Assembly (NCBI GenBank): GCA_937136425.1
Contig: CAKZON010000083.1
Span: forward strand, 120-64,119
Length of the DNA: 64,000 nucleotides
Reading direction: 5' to 3'
DNA from: an uncultured Crocinitomix sp.
GTDB lineage: Bacteria; Bacteroidota; Bacteroidia; Flavobacteriales_D; Crocinitomicaceae
A model generated the notes under the pieces. It was not told where the DNA came from. It saw nothing but the letters and a program-made list of their open reading frames with translations, and made no database searches. The position numbers were made by a program, and so were the translations under genes. Below, piece by piece: positions 18,062 to 27,681 of this stretch (positions are counted from its first letter, which is position 1; every line of letters starts with the position of its first letter).

Positions 18062-18090
18062 AAAAAAACCGCCCTAACTCAATAAGGCGG
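18062..18090 (-). terminator. terminator after yajC
   Basis: CCGCC/GGCGG stem. On the minus strand it is followed by a T7 run. Confidence 0.5.
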
Positions 18091-18114
18091 CTTCACTAAA
18101 TAAAATTATTTTAC

Positions 18115-18444
18115 TTAACGCTGTTGGTTCCCCAATTGATCCATTGAATTAGGACTAATTGACGATTTTTCAATTCTTAATTTTGTTCCTTCAGAAGAAA
18201 TTAAAATTGTAGTATCAGATACCTCTAATACTTTTCCATGGATTCCTCCAATAGTCACAATTTTATCTCCTTGCGCAATGCTTTCACGGTATTGCTTTGC
18301 TTCTTTTGTACGTTTCATTTGTGGACGGATCATAAATAGGTAAAATACTAAACCTATTAAACCGAACATTATTAAACTTTGCATTAAAGAACCACCTTCG
18401 GCTCCACCTGTTGCTTGTAATAACGTAATCATTTGATTGTTCAT
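18115..18444 (-). CDS. yajC: preprotein translocase subunit YajC
   Basis: Single TM helix plus MIRPQMKRTKEAKQYRESIAQGDKIVTIGGIHGKV, the canonical YajC core. Confidence 0.9.
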   Translation of the reverse strand: MNNQMITLLQATGGAEGGSLMQSLIMFGLIGLVFYLFMIRPQMKRTKEAKQYRESIAQGDKIVTIGGIHGKVLEVSDTTILISSEGTKLRIEKSSISPNSMDQLGNQQR

Positions 18445-18456
18445 TTTTTTTTGTTT

Positions 18457-18891
18457 TTATTCTGCTGCTACTACTTCACCAGTTATTTTAACTGTAGAAA
18501 CAGTAGGGTTTGTATTCGCTTCAATACGAATGCTTTTATTTACACTTCCAACCTTGTTGTTAGAATTAAAAATCACTTTAACTTCTCCTCCATCACCTGG
18601 TTCAATTGGGTGCTTAGGCCAATCCTCAGGCACTGTGCATCCGCATGTTGTTTTCACGTCAAATAACACCAAATTTTTATCTCCAGTATTTGTGAATTTA
18701 AAGGTGTGCTTTACCATTTCTCCGTCTACAACAGAACCAAAGTTATACTCTGAACTTTCAAATTCAATGCTTGTTGGTTCATCAACAAACTCAGCATATT
18801 CGGCTCTTCTTTCCTCGGCATCAGCACCTTGATCAGACGTACAGCTTACTAAGCTTAAAAATGCCACTCCAATAAAAAATAAATTTTTCAT
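18457..18891 (-). CDS. DUF1573 domain lipoprotein
   Basis: Lipobox LVSC. Motif HTFKFTNTGDKNLVLFDVKTTCGCTVPEDWPKHPIEPG. It occupies the conserved position between nusB and yajC. Confidence 0.85.
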   Translation of the reverse strand: MKNLFFIGVAFLSLVSCTSDQGADAEERRAEYAEFVDEPTSIEFESSEYNFGSVVDGEMVKHTFKFTNTGDKNLVLFDVKTTCGCTVPEDWPKHPIEPGDGGEVKVIFNSNNKVGSVNKSIRIEANTNPTVSTVKITGEVVAAE

Positions 18892-18900
18892 TTCTCCTTT

Positions 18901-19854
18901 TTAGTTAATTAATCCTCTTCCTGTTTTTTTAAGCTCTCCTCTTTCTTCTAATAGAGGAATTGCTTTATCTAAAATTCCGTTAATAAACACCTGGCTTTTA
19001 GGCGTACTATAGAACTTTGAAATTTCAATATATTCATTTAGCGTTACTTTTTTAGGAATAGAAGGCTGTACTTTAAGCTCTGTCAATGCCATTTTCAATA
19101 AAATAACATCCATTTTCGCAATACGATCAATCTCCCAGTTTTTAGTTAACTCGTCAATCAACGCAGTGTTTTCATCATCCAACTGTGCTGACTTACGAAC
19201 AATTGTTTTGACAAACCCAAGTTCATCCTCTTTATCCTTATACAAACCTAAGATTGATTTGCCCGCATCATCATCTGCCTTAAACTGTTTAATTGTTTTA
19301 AGAACCATTGAGCACATCAAATCAATATCATCCAACCAGAAAATACTCTTGTTTTCAAAATAATCATGAATTAACTCAAAATTGGCAATTTCTTTTTTGA
19401 AAAGATCTACGATAAACTCCTTATCTCTTTCAAATGATTGCCCTTCTTCCTCCATATAATTTTTATACAGATCAGAATCCATAATTTGTAAAAACAATTT
19501 GCGCATTAAATCGTTTTCTACTGCTCCAGTCCAGTTCACTTTATTCTCCTCTGACTTTCTTCGTAAATCGTCACTTTGCAGTAACAGCTGAATAATTTCA
19601 TTATTCACAAATTTACGATTAGGAGACAAGTCGTCTTTAGTTGGTCTCACCTTTTTCAATCTATCCTCAATACGTTGAGATGAAAAACGGTGCACTTCTT
19701 CAAATGTTAATAAAAACCACAAATAAAGATCATACATACGATCAATCGAGGTTAATAACTCCTTCTCTGTTTTTAAAATATCCCCATCTTCGGTTTGAAA
19801 AAAGGCGTAAAGTACTTGCAATACTTTAATACGTAAATGACGTCTGTTTAACAT
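18901..19854 (-). CDS. nusB: transcription antitermination factor NusB (long Bacteroidota form)
   Basis: RRHLRIKVLQVLYAF at the N-terminus. C-terminal NusB blocks DRIAKMDVILLKMALTEL and NEYIEISKFYSTPKSQVFINGILDK. Confidence 0.85.
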   Translation of the reverse strand: MLNRRHLRIKVLQVLYAFFQTEDGDILKTEKELLTSIDRMYDLYLWFLLTFEEVHRFSSQRIEDRLKKVRPTKDDLSPNRKFVNNEIIQLLLQSDDLRRKSEENKVNWTGAVENDLMRKLFLQIMDSDLYKNYMEEEGQSFERDKEFIVDLFKKEIANFELIHDYFENKSIFWLDDIDLMCSMVLKTIKQFKADDDAGKSILGLYKDKEDELGFVKTIVRKSAQLDDENTALIDELTKNWEIDRIAKMDVILLKMALTELKVQPSIPKKVTLNEYIEISKFYSTPKSQVFINGILDKAIPLLEERGELKKTGRGLIN

Positions 19855-19864
19855 GCTTTTTTTT

Positions 19865-20962
19865 CTACATTGGTAATTTAACCTGACCTATTGATGCAAT
19901 ACGCTCTTCAGCCATTTTATTTGCAATCATATAAGTAGCTACATTATCACTATTTGATCTATTAATTATATTTAATGATGTGTCATAAATTTCGGCAGCT
20001 TTATTCATTGCCCATTCAGACGATAATCCTTTTACTTCTGCGTAACAGTTAATAACACCCCCAGCGTTTATCATAAAATCGGGCACATAAATAATCCCTT
20101 TTTCTTTAACGGCTTCTCCGTGAACTGTTTCGTCTTTTAATTGATTGTTGGCAGCACCTGCGATAATTGAACAATTCAATTGAGCTAAAGTTTCATCATT
20201 CACAGTGGCTCCTAGTGCACAAGGCGCATAAATATCCATATCAACTTTATAGATATCATCTAAACCAACAACTGTTGCTCCATATTTATCTGCTACATTT
20301 TTCAATGTTGCTTCATGAATATCTGTAATGTAAATGTCTGCGTTTTCTTTAGCTAAATATCCTACTAAATACTCTCCTACATGTCCAACACCTTGCACTG
20401 CAACTTTTTTACCAGCCAAAGAATCAGTTCCAAACTGAACCTTAGCAGCTGCTTTCATTCCCATGTAAACGCCATAAGCAGTAACTGGAGAAGGATCTCC
20501 ACTTTTACCTGGAAGGCCAACTACATTATTGGTTTCCATATTTACCCAAGTCATATCTTGTGGAGAAATTCCGACATCTTCTGCAGTAATATATTTCCCA
20601 CCTAATGATTCAACAAATTTTCCAAATCTTCTGAAAAGTGCTTCGCTTTTTTGTTTACGAGAATCTCCAATAATAACAGCTTTTCCTCCTCCTAAATTCA
20701 ATCCAGAAATTGAGTTTTTATAAGTCATCCCTCTAGACAAACGCAATACGTCATTCAAGGCTTCCAACTCGTTATTATAGTTCCACATTCTTGTTCCTCC
20801 CAATGCAGGCCCAAGTGTTGTATTGTGAACAGCAATAATTGCTTTTAATCCTGTTGCATTATCATTGCAAAACAAAAGTTGCTCATGGTTGTACTGAGAC
20901 ATTCTTTGTACTACTGGATTTTCCCCTAGCGTTGTCTCTTTGATATCTTTTACTTCAAACAT
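19865..20962 (-). CDS. Leu/Phe/Val (leucine-type) amino-acid dehydrogenase
   Basis: GPALGGTRMW, catalytic-Lys block GLNLGGGKAVIIGD, NAD-binding GVGHVG. 365 aa. Confidence 0.85.
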   Translation of the reverse strand: MFEVKDIKETTLGENPVVQRMSQYNHEQLLFCNDNATGLKAIIAVHNTTLGPALGGTRMWNYNNELEALNDVLRLSRGMTYKNSISGLNLGGGKAVIIGDSRKQKSEALFRRFGKFVESLGGKYITAEDVGISPQDMTWVNMETNNVVGLPGKSGDPSPVTAYGVYMGMKAAAKVQFGTDSLAGKKVAVQGVGHVGEYLVGYLAKENADIYITDIHEATLKNVADKYGATVVGLDDIYKVDMDIYAPCALGATVNDETLAQLNCSIIAGAANNQLKDETVHGEAVKEKGIIYVPDFMINAGGVINCYAEVKGLSSEWAMNKAAEIYDTSLNIINRSNSDNVATYMIANKMAEERIASIGQVKLPM

Positions 20963-21145
20963 AATATTATATTGAGGTTATAAATTTATATTGATCGTCT
21001 AATTGTTAATCTCTTAATTGCCAAGCTGCAATCTTTATTTTTGTCATTATACTTGCAAATAAATGTTACAACAGGTTCTTTGTAAATGAATCTTTATCGT
21101 AACTTTGCAGTCGTTTTTTTGCGCTACAAAAGTACTAAATTTTAC

Positions 21146-22930
21146 ATGTCTTCATTATTCTATTTAAATAAATATTTGGTCAAGTATAAATGGCGCTTGA
21201 TACTGGGCACTATTTTCATTTTTATCTCCAATATTTTTTTCGTACAACAGCCTGAAATCCTGAGTGAAGCGATAAACACGATAAGTGGACAATTAGAATC
21301 TGGTGAAGAAAATACGCGTGAATTAATTCTTAAAACTGCTCTTACCCTCTCTGGCTTATACATGTTATTAGCCGTTTTAAAAGGTGTATTTTTATTTTTA
21401 ACGAGACAAACGATAATTGTCATGTCTCGATTTATTGAATATGATCTAAAAAATGAGATCTACGATCAGTACCAACATTTATCATTCAACTTTTATAAAA
21501 AAAATGCAACGGGTGATTTAATGAACAGAATAAGTGAAGATGTTTCTAAGGTTAGAATGTATTTAGGACCTGGAATTATGTACACGATTAACTTGTTCTT
21601 TTTGTTTGGGTTGATTTTATATAAAATGATTTCTAAAAACCCTGAGTTGACCTTATACGTGCTACTTCCCTTACCAATTATGTCGATATTGATTTATTTC
21701 GTTAGTCGCGTTTTGAATAAAAAAAGTGAGCGCGTTCAATTTCAACAATCCTTATTGTCTACAATTGTTCAAGAATCTTTTTCTGGAATTCGCGTAATAA
21801 AATCTCATGTTAAGGAAAAACAAGTAGAAGCAAAATTTAACCGTGAAGCGGAAAATTACAAGCGCAACTCAATGAATTTGGCTAAAACAAATGCCTTTTT
21901 CATGCCTACAATTATTTTATTAATTGGTATTAGTACAATTTTAACCATTTATATTGGCGGACTTCAAGCCAATGCAGGAACAATTGAGCGAGGGGAAATT
22001 GCTGAATTCGTATTGTATGTAAATATGCTTACATGGCCATTTGCATCAGTTGGGTGGGTAACTTCAATAGTGCAGCACGCCTCTGCCTCACAAAAAAGAA
22101 TTACAGAATTTTTAAAGGAGAAACCAGATTTGGATGAAAATGCAAACGAAGACAAATCTGTTGTATTCTCAGAAAGCATCAATCTAAACAACGTAAGTTT
22201 AACTTATGAAAATTCTGGTGTTACGGCATTAAACGGAATTACGCTATCTATTAAAAAAGGACAAACAATAGGTATTATCGGTCGTACAGGCTCTGGAAAA
22301 TCTTCATTAGCATATTTACTAATGCGTTTATTAGATCCTACTGAAGGTAAAATAGAGATCGATCAACAAGAACTTGCAAAACTTAATTTAGAAAGGTGGC
22401 GACATTTATTAGGTTATGTTCCGCAAGAACACTTTTTGTTTTCAGATTCTATCAAGAATAATATAATATTTGGTGCAAATTCGGATGAAATAAGTGATGA
22501 AGAGGTTTATGAATATGCCAAAAATGCAGGAATTCATGAAACAATTATGCATTTCCCCGAAAAATATGACACACTATTAGGAGAACGTGGAATTAACTTA
22601 TCTGGTGGGCAAAAGCAACGACTTTCAATTGCAAGGGCACTTATTAAAAAGCCAGAAATATTATTATTTGATGATTGTTTATCTGCCGTAGATAATGAAA
22701 CGGAAGAGTATATCTTGCAATCCATTAAAAGTGATTTAACTGAAAAAACGGCAATCATTATTAGTCACCGAATTTCAAGTATTAAATATGCAGATACCAT
22801 TATTGTTTTAGACGAAGGTAAATTAGTGGAGCAAGGTAATCATAAAGAATTACTGGCTCAAAAGGGAATTTATTACGACACCTTTAAACGACAAGAAATC
22901 CAGGCAAAGGAAGAAAATAAAAAGCCATGA
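21146..22930 (+). CDS. ABC exporter, fused permease/ATPase (MsbA/MdlB-like)
   Basis: Six-TM domain, Walker A GRTGSGKSS, signature LSGGQKQR, Walker B ILLFDD. Start is taken at MSSLFYLNKY. Confidence 0.9.
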   Translation: MSSLFYLNKYLVKYKWRLILGTIFIFISNIFFVQQPEILSEAINTISGQLESGEENTRELILKTALTLSGLYMLLAVLKGVFLFLTRQTIIVMSRFIEYDLKNEIYDQYQHLSFNFYKKNATGDLMNRISEDVSKVRMYLGPGIMYTINLFFLFGLILYKMISKNPELTLYVLLPLPIMSILIYFVSRVLNKKSERVQFQQSLLSTIVQESFSGIRVIKSHVKEKQVEAKFNREAENYKRNSMNLAKTNAFFMPTIILLIGISTILTIYIGGLQANAGTIERGEIAEFVLYVNMLTWPFASVGWVTSIVQHASASQKRITEFLKEKPDLDENANEDKSVVFSESINLNNVSLTYENSGVTALNGITLSIKKGQTIGIIGRTGSGKSSLAYLLMRLLDPTEGKIEIDQQELAKLNLERWRHLLGYVPQEHFLFSDSIKNNIIFGANSDEISDEEVYEYAKNAGIHETIMHFPEKYDTLLGERGINLSGGQKQRLSIARALIKKPEILLFDDCLSAVDNETEEYILQSIKSDLTEKTAIIISHRISSIKYADTIIVLDEGKLVEQGNHKELLAQKGIYYDTFKRQEIQAKEENKKP

Positions 22931-23394
22931 AAAAAAAGTGGGATATAAATGAAGAGTCGTTTTTTGGAATTGGAGTTTACCAACCAAAAACAACACATAA
23001 TATTGGTACTTTATGGCGAACGGCAAAAATACTTGGCGCCTCGTTTATCTTTATAATTGATGGTAAATACAAACACCAGACTTCTGACACACAAAAGGCC
23101 TGGTCGAAAATTCCATTTTATAGATATGACGATTTTGATCATTTTTATTCGTCTTTACCCTACTCTACACAACTTGTAGGTATAGAAATGGATCGTAATT
23201 CACAATCAATTTGTACCTTTGCGCATCCTCCAAGAGGAGCTTATTTATTAGGCGCCGAGGATAACGGTTTACCGCAAAACGTTTTGGACAGATGTCACCA
23301 CTTAATACAATTACCTGGTGAAGGTTCATTAAACGTAGCAGTAAGTGGTAGTTTAGTAATTTATGACCGAATACAAAAATGGGAGCTGAAGTAA
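22927..23394 (+). CDS. SpoU/TrmH-family RNA 2'-O-methyltransferase
   Basis: C-terminal SPOUT knot motifs LLGAEDNGLP and LPGEGSLNVAVSGSLVIYD. ATGA overlap with the ABC gene stop. Confidence 0.75.
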   Translation: MKKKWDINEESFFGIGVYQPKTTHNIGTLWRTAKILGASFIFIIDGKYKHQTSDTQKAWSKIPFYRYDDFDHFYSSLPYSTQLVGIEMDRNSQSICTFAHPPRGAYLLGAEDNGLPQNVLDRCHHLIQLPGEGSLNVAVSGSLVIYDRIQKWELK

Positions 23395-24227
23395 TGGATG
23401 ATAAGGAGCTGAAAGCAGCTGAAGAGAAGCTAAATCGTAAAATCAAAAAAACGGTTTGGAACGCGATCAACGAATATGATATGATTCAAGATGGCGATAA
23501 GTTAATGGTATGCTTATCAGGTGGAAAAGATAGTTATACAATGTTGGATATTTTGATGCAAATTCAAAAAGCATCTGTCTTTAACTTTGAAATTGTTGCG
23601 GTTAATTTAGATCAAAAACAACCTGGATTTCCAGAAGAAGTTCTGCCTAAATATTTAACAGAGGTTGGCGCTAATTTTGAAATAGTTGAGCGTGATACTT
23701 ATAGCATTGTTAAAGAAAAAGTTCCTGAAGGTAAAACAACCTGTAGCCTATGTTCAAGACTAAGACGCGGAACATTATACGAAGCTGCTGAACGCCTAGG
23801 ATGTAATAAAATTTGTCTCGGTCATCACCGTGACGATATTCTAGAAACTTTCTTTTTGAACTTGTTCTTTGCAGGTAAAATAGAAACAATGCCGGCTAAA
23901 TACATTACAAATGACAATCGTTTTGTTGTGTTAAGACCATTAGCATTGGTGAAAGAATCACAAATCATAGAATATTCTGGATATAAAAAATATCCTATCA
24001 TTCCTTGTAATTTATGTGGTGCTCAAGAAAATTTACAGCGCCAGGTAGTAAAGAAAATGTTGGCGACTTGGGATGAAAAATATGCCAATCGATCGGAAAT
24101 TATGTTTACGGCTTTGAAAAACATTTCTCCAACACATATGTTTGACACTGATCTATATGACTTTAAAAATTTGCAATCAAAAATGATGGGCGAAACTAAG
24201 GTTGGAACAGAGTTTGAAATGCTTTAA
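23379..24227 (+). CDS. ttcA: tRNA 2-thiocytidine(32) synthetase TtcA
   Basis: PP-loop CLSGGKDS, plus CSLCSRLRRG and PCNLCG cysteine motifs. Near-colinear with E. coli TtcA. An alternative start at 23394 would form a TAATG overlap with the upstream stop. Confidence 0.9.
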   Translation: MGAEVMDDKELKAAEEKLNRKIKKTVWNAINEYDMIQDGDKLMVCLSGGKDSYTMLDILMQIQKASVFNFEIVAVNLDQKQPGFPEEVLPKYLTEVGANFEIVERDTYSIVKEKVPEGKTTCSLCSRLRRGTLYEAAERLGCNKICLGHHRDDILETFFLNLFFAGKIETMPAKYITNDNRFVVLRPLALVKESQIIEYSGYKKYPIIPCNLCGAQENLQRQVVKKMLATWDEKYANRSEIMFTALKNISPTHMFDTDLYDFKNLQSKMMGETKVGTEFEML

Positions 24228-24340
24228 CCAAGAAAATAGTACTTGGTTCTTCTTATTCAGCATTTAGCTTCTTTAAAATTTTAGTGGCAATATCACAGGT
24301 TTTAAATCGTTTTATTAAAAAACAATTTAAACTTACCACA

Positions 24341-24913
24341 ATGAATTTAGGAAAAGGAATGATCTATTTAATGATTTTTTCATTAGTAGTTATCAGCTGC
24401 AAAAAGGAAAAATTCAATACAAAAAACACAGATTTTCAGAAAGCATTTAATGAGAAATTAGACGCTGGAAGCGAAAGTGCCATAACTATGGATACGGAAG
24501 TTCATACTTATACTTTTGTTTTGAGCGAGGACAAATCTTTAGCATCAATAGGATATCAAAGTGTAGAAGCAATTGAAACGGCAAACTATTTAATTGAAAT
24601 TAGAGACAATAGCGACTCTTCTTTGGTCTACAGTGAAGAATCTACATTTAAATCCAATAAAATGTCCTATATAACAGCTGGAGCGCCAATTGTTTTGCAA
24701 GGCGGTGTATCATATAGTATTAGTAGAATTCAAACAAATTGGGCTGGTAATATCACAAATACAATTGGGCATCTTGTTAAAACTTCAGAATCTGACTATC
24801 CTATTTCATACGGAATTTTAACTATAACGGAATCAAATTTTCATGACCACGGTAAAAACGATACCAATTTAAGGTATTATGCGCTCCCTAGAATAGATAT
24901 GGAGTTGAAATAG
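24341..24913 (+). CDS. hypothetical lipoprotein
   Basis: MNLGKGMIYLMIFSLVVISCKKE lipobox. No family recognised. Confidence 0.55.
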   Translation: MNLGKGMIYLMIFSLVVISCKKEKFNTKNTDFQKAFNEKLDAGSESAITMDTEVHTYTFVLSEDKSLASIGYQSVEAIETANYLIEIRDNSDSSLVYSEESTFKSNKMSYITAGAPIVLQGGVSYSISRIQTNWAGNITNTIGHLVKTSESDYPISYGILTITESNFHDHGKNDTNLRYYALPRIDMELK

Positions 24914-24958
24914 CGCTTAGTAATTAGTACTTGGTACTTAGTATTTTTGAGCATTACT

Positions 24959-27538
24959 TTACCTTACAAGTTGCACAGTTCCCTGCCCTTTAAATACAGT
25001 TGCATTTGTTGAAACAGCCTCATAGGTATAAAAATAAACCCCATGTTGGCAATCATCTCCGTTTCGGTCTGTTCCATCCCAGGCTTGAGTGATATTGTTA
25101 AGTTCTGCAACCTGCACACCCCAACGATTCACGATAACACAATGAAATTCTTCAATTGCGGCAGACGTAAACTCAAAAGTGAAAACACTATTAATATCAT
25201 CATTACCACCTGGCGTAAATATATTAGGCGCAATAAAGCCAGGTTGTTCATGCACGATAATGTTTTTACAAGTAGTATCTGTACAACCGTTTTTATTTGC
25301 TGCAACTAAACACACTTCATAAACATCCTCTCCCGGATAAACAGTATCTACTACCTCAAAATAATCATGAGATAAATACCAACTCGCATTTGTATAACCT
25401 AAATGCCAAAAGAAACTCGTATCAGATGATGGATTGTTTGGATTTGCAAAATTTTCAGACTCATTAATGAAATTAGCTATAACGAGTTCAGTTCCCTCAC
25501 AATCACTATTCAACTGGTCAGAATCAATAGTAAAGGCAGCAATTGGGTTTAATGAATCAACAACAACCGTATCTGTTAAAACACAGCCATTAGCATCAAT
25601 AACTTCAATAATACAACCTCCAGGATTTAATCCTCCCCAAGTTGAATTATCAGACACATCTCCTGTTTCAATATTTGTCCATTCATAATCATAGTCGGGT
25701 GTACCACCAGTTGCAGCAGCATAAACTACTCCATTCCCAGATTGATATCCATACAATCGACAATAAGCATGCTCAAACCCTAATTCTGAAAAGACCAACT
25801 CTGTCGGTTCAATAATGGTAAAATCCATCACATTAGAACATCCATTATCATCATTAATTGTTACCGTATACCCTCCAGCTGGCATTCCATAAGCAGAGTC
25901 AACTCCCACTCCTTCATCTCCAAAGAAATTTGGAGCCCAATAAAAAGAAATATTATCTAAATCACCTTGTGCGTTATAAACAGGGCTAACAACTGCAGTT
26001 CCTGTAGAATCACCAAAACACAATGGATGCGTAATTGTAAGTTCTGCATATAATGAATCAGGTTGTCCCATTATGATTTCTAAAGAATCAATACAATCTC
26101 CACTTGAAGCATAAACCCAATAAGTTCCGGCATTCATACTATTATAGGTTGGACCTTCAACTGGATTATCAGGTATCCAAGTATAATCAGCTTCTCCTAC
26201 TCCAGACGAAACAGTTACTGATCCGTCTGAAAACCCATAACAGGTTGGTTCATTAAAGACCACAATTTCTAAATCAAGTGCAATTGACCCCATAATATAA
26301 ATGTCATTTGAATATTGGCAGCCATTTGCATCTTCAACACAAATTTCATAGGTATTTTCACAAAGGTCGGTGAAAGTTCCCGTGGCTTCTGATGTTGCAC
26401 AATCATCAATACTAAATGTATATGGACCAACACCTCCTGATGCTTCTAGATCAATTTCTCCAGAACAATCAACATTACAAACCCCGTCTGTAACAGTTTC
26501 CGTAACTACTAATTCATCAGGCTCTACTAATTCCACTTCAATTTCATGCGTACAATCATTTTCATCCGTAATGACAATTGTATATGTTCCAGCGCCCAAT
26601 CCAGTAAATTCGCCCGAAGCAACAGGACCGTCTCCAATATCATAAGTTAAGTCACCTGTTCCTCCAGATCCGCCGATTGTAATAGCGCCATCTGTTAATC
26701 CAAAGCAGCTAACATCTGTTTCCACTAATACAACAGCTTCGATTGCGTCCGGCTCTGTAATTGTAATTTCTAGTATTTCTTCACCTCCATCACCATCTGT
26801 TACGGTAACCTCATAAGTTCCTGCACATAAATCATCAGCAGTTATATCGGTTCCGCCTCCGGCCTCAGCATCCCACAAGAATGTATAGGGAGGAATGTCT
26901 CCTTCAATAACCGTTGCAGATCCGTCGCAATCACCATTACATGTAACATTGGTTGTTTCATATCCACTTACTGAAACAACAGAATTACTACACAATGCGA
27001 TTAAACTTCCGGCAGAACCACCGGGTCCTGAAAGTGTTACTGATGTATAAGGTCCACCTGGATCATTTACTCGAAAAGCACCACCACCACCATCTGGCCC
27101 GGCTCCTGCACCACTCGATATTAAATTACCCACAACTGTTGTAAAACATGAACCTTCATCAATAACATCAGGAATTCCAGCACCGTCTACATTTACAGTA
27201 AACTCTTCATCCACTCCTGTACCAGTTGCTGTAATTATAAAAACAAGATCATTTACAGGCTCGCTAAAATCAAACGTATAGGTAAATGCTCCTGACGCAC
27301 CAACATGAATAGAACTTGCAGGAGTTGTAAATCCACATGATGTCCAAGCTGTTGGGTATGTTGTCACTGACCCTGTCCATGTCGAAGTAACCGAAACACC
27401 ATCTAACACCGTAGGCGGTACAACAGACTCATCACAATCTATCTGGGCATTTGTAATTATAGGGAATAAAAAAAGTAACAATAATACTGCTTGACGATTC
27501 CAGTTTTTATCTAAACGTTCCTTTAATATTGATATCAT
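24959..27538 (-). CDS. SprB-repeat adhesin-like protein with type-B T9SS (gliding-motility-associated) C-terminal domain
   Basis: Signal peptide. Repeated about 75-aa Cys-containing units (e.g. VTCNGDCDGSATVIEGDIPPYTFLWD and DVSCFGLTDGAITIGGSGGTGDLTYDIGDGP). C-terminus APNIFTPGGNDDINSVF...NRWG...GVYFYTY...GTVQLVR. Confidence 0.85.
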   Translation of the reverse strand: MISILKERLDKNWNRQAVLLLLFLFPIITNAQIDCDESVVPPTVLDGVSVTSTWTGSVTTYPTAWTSCGFTTPASSIHVGASGAFTYTFDFSEPVNDLVFIITATGTGVDEEFTVNVDGAGIPDVIDEGSCFTTVVGNLISSGAGAGPDGGGGAFRVNDPGGPYTSVTLSGPGGSAGSLIALCSNSVVSVSGYETTNVTCNGDCDGSATVIEGDIPPYTFLWDAEAGGGTDITADDLCAGTYEVTVTDGDGGEEILEITITEPDAIEAVVLVETDVSCFGLTDGAITIGGSGGTGDLTYDIGDGPVASGEFTGLGAGTYTIVITDENDCTHEIEVELVEPDELVVTETVTDGVCNVDCSGEIDLEASGGVGPYTFSIDDCATSEATGTFTDLCENTYEICVEDANGCQYSNDIYIMGSIALDLEIVVFNEPTCYGFSDGSVTVSSGVGEADYTWIPDNPVEGPTYNSMNAGTYWVYASSGDCIDSLEIIMGQPDSLYAELTITHPLCFGDSTGTAVVSPVYNAQGDLDNISFYWAPNFFGDEGVGVDSAYGMPAGGYTVTINDDNGCSNVMDFTIIEPTELVFSELGFEHAYCRLYGYQSGNGVVYAAATGGTPDYDYEWTNIETGDVSDNSTWGGLNPGGCIIEVIDANGCVLTDTVVVDSLNPIAAFTIDSDQLNSDCEGTELVIANFINESENFANPNNPSSDTSFFWHLGYTNASWYLSHDYFEVVDTVYPGEDVYEVCLVAANKNGCTDTTCKNIIVHEQPGFIAPNIFTPGGNDDINSVFTFEFTSAAIEEFHCVIVNRWGVQVAELNNITQAWDGTDRNGDDCQHGVYFYTYEAVSTNATVFKGQGTVQLVR

Positions 27539-27681
27539 AATGTAAAAAGATTATGTGTGGTTGAATCTATTTGGGATAGAACGACAACATTTACATTATA
27601 GAAACGCATTAAGAATTGAATTCGTTGCGTAAACAACAAAATAATTTACAATTAAATAATAAGAAAGACTGTTAGTCGAAA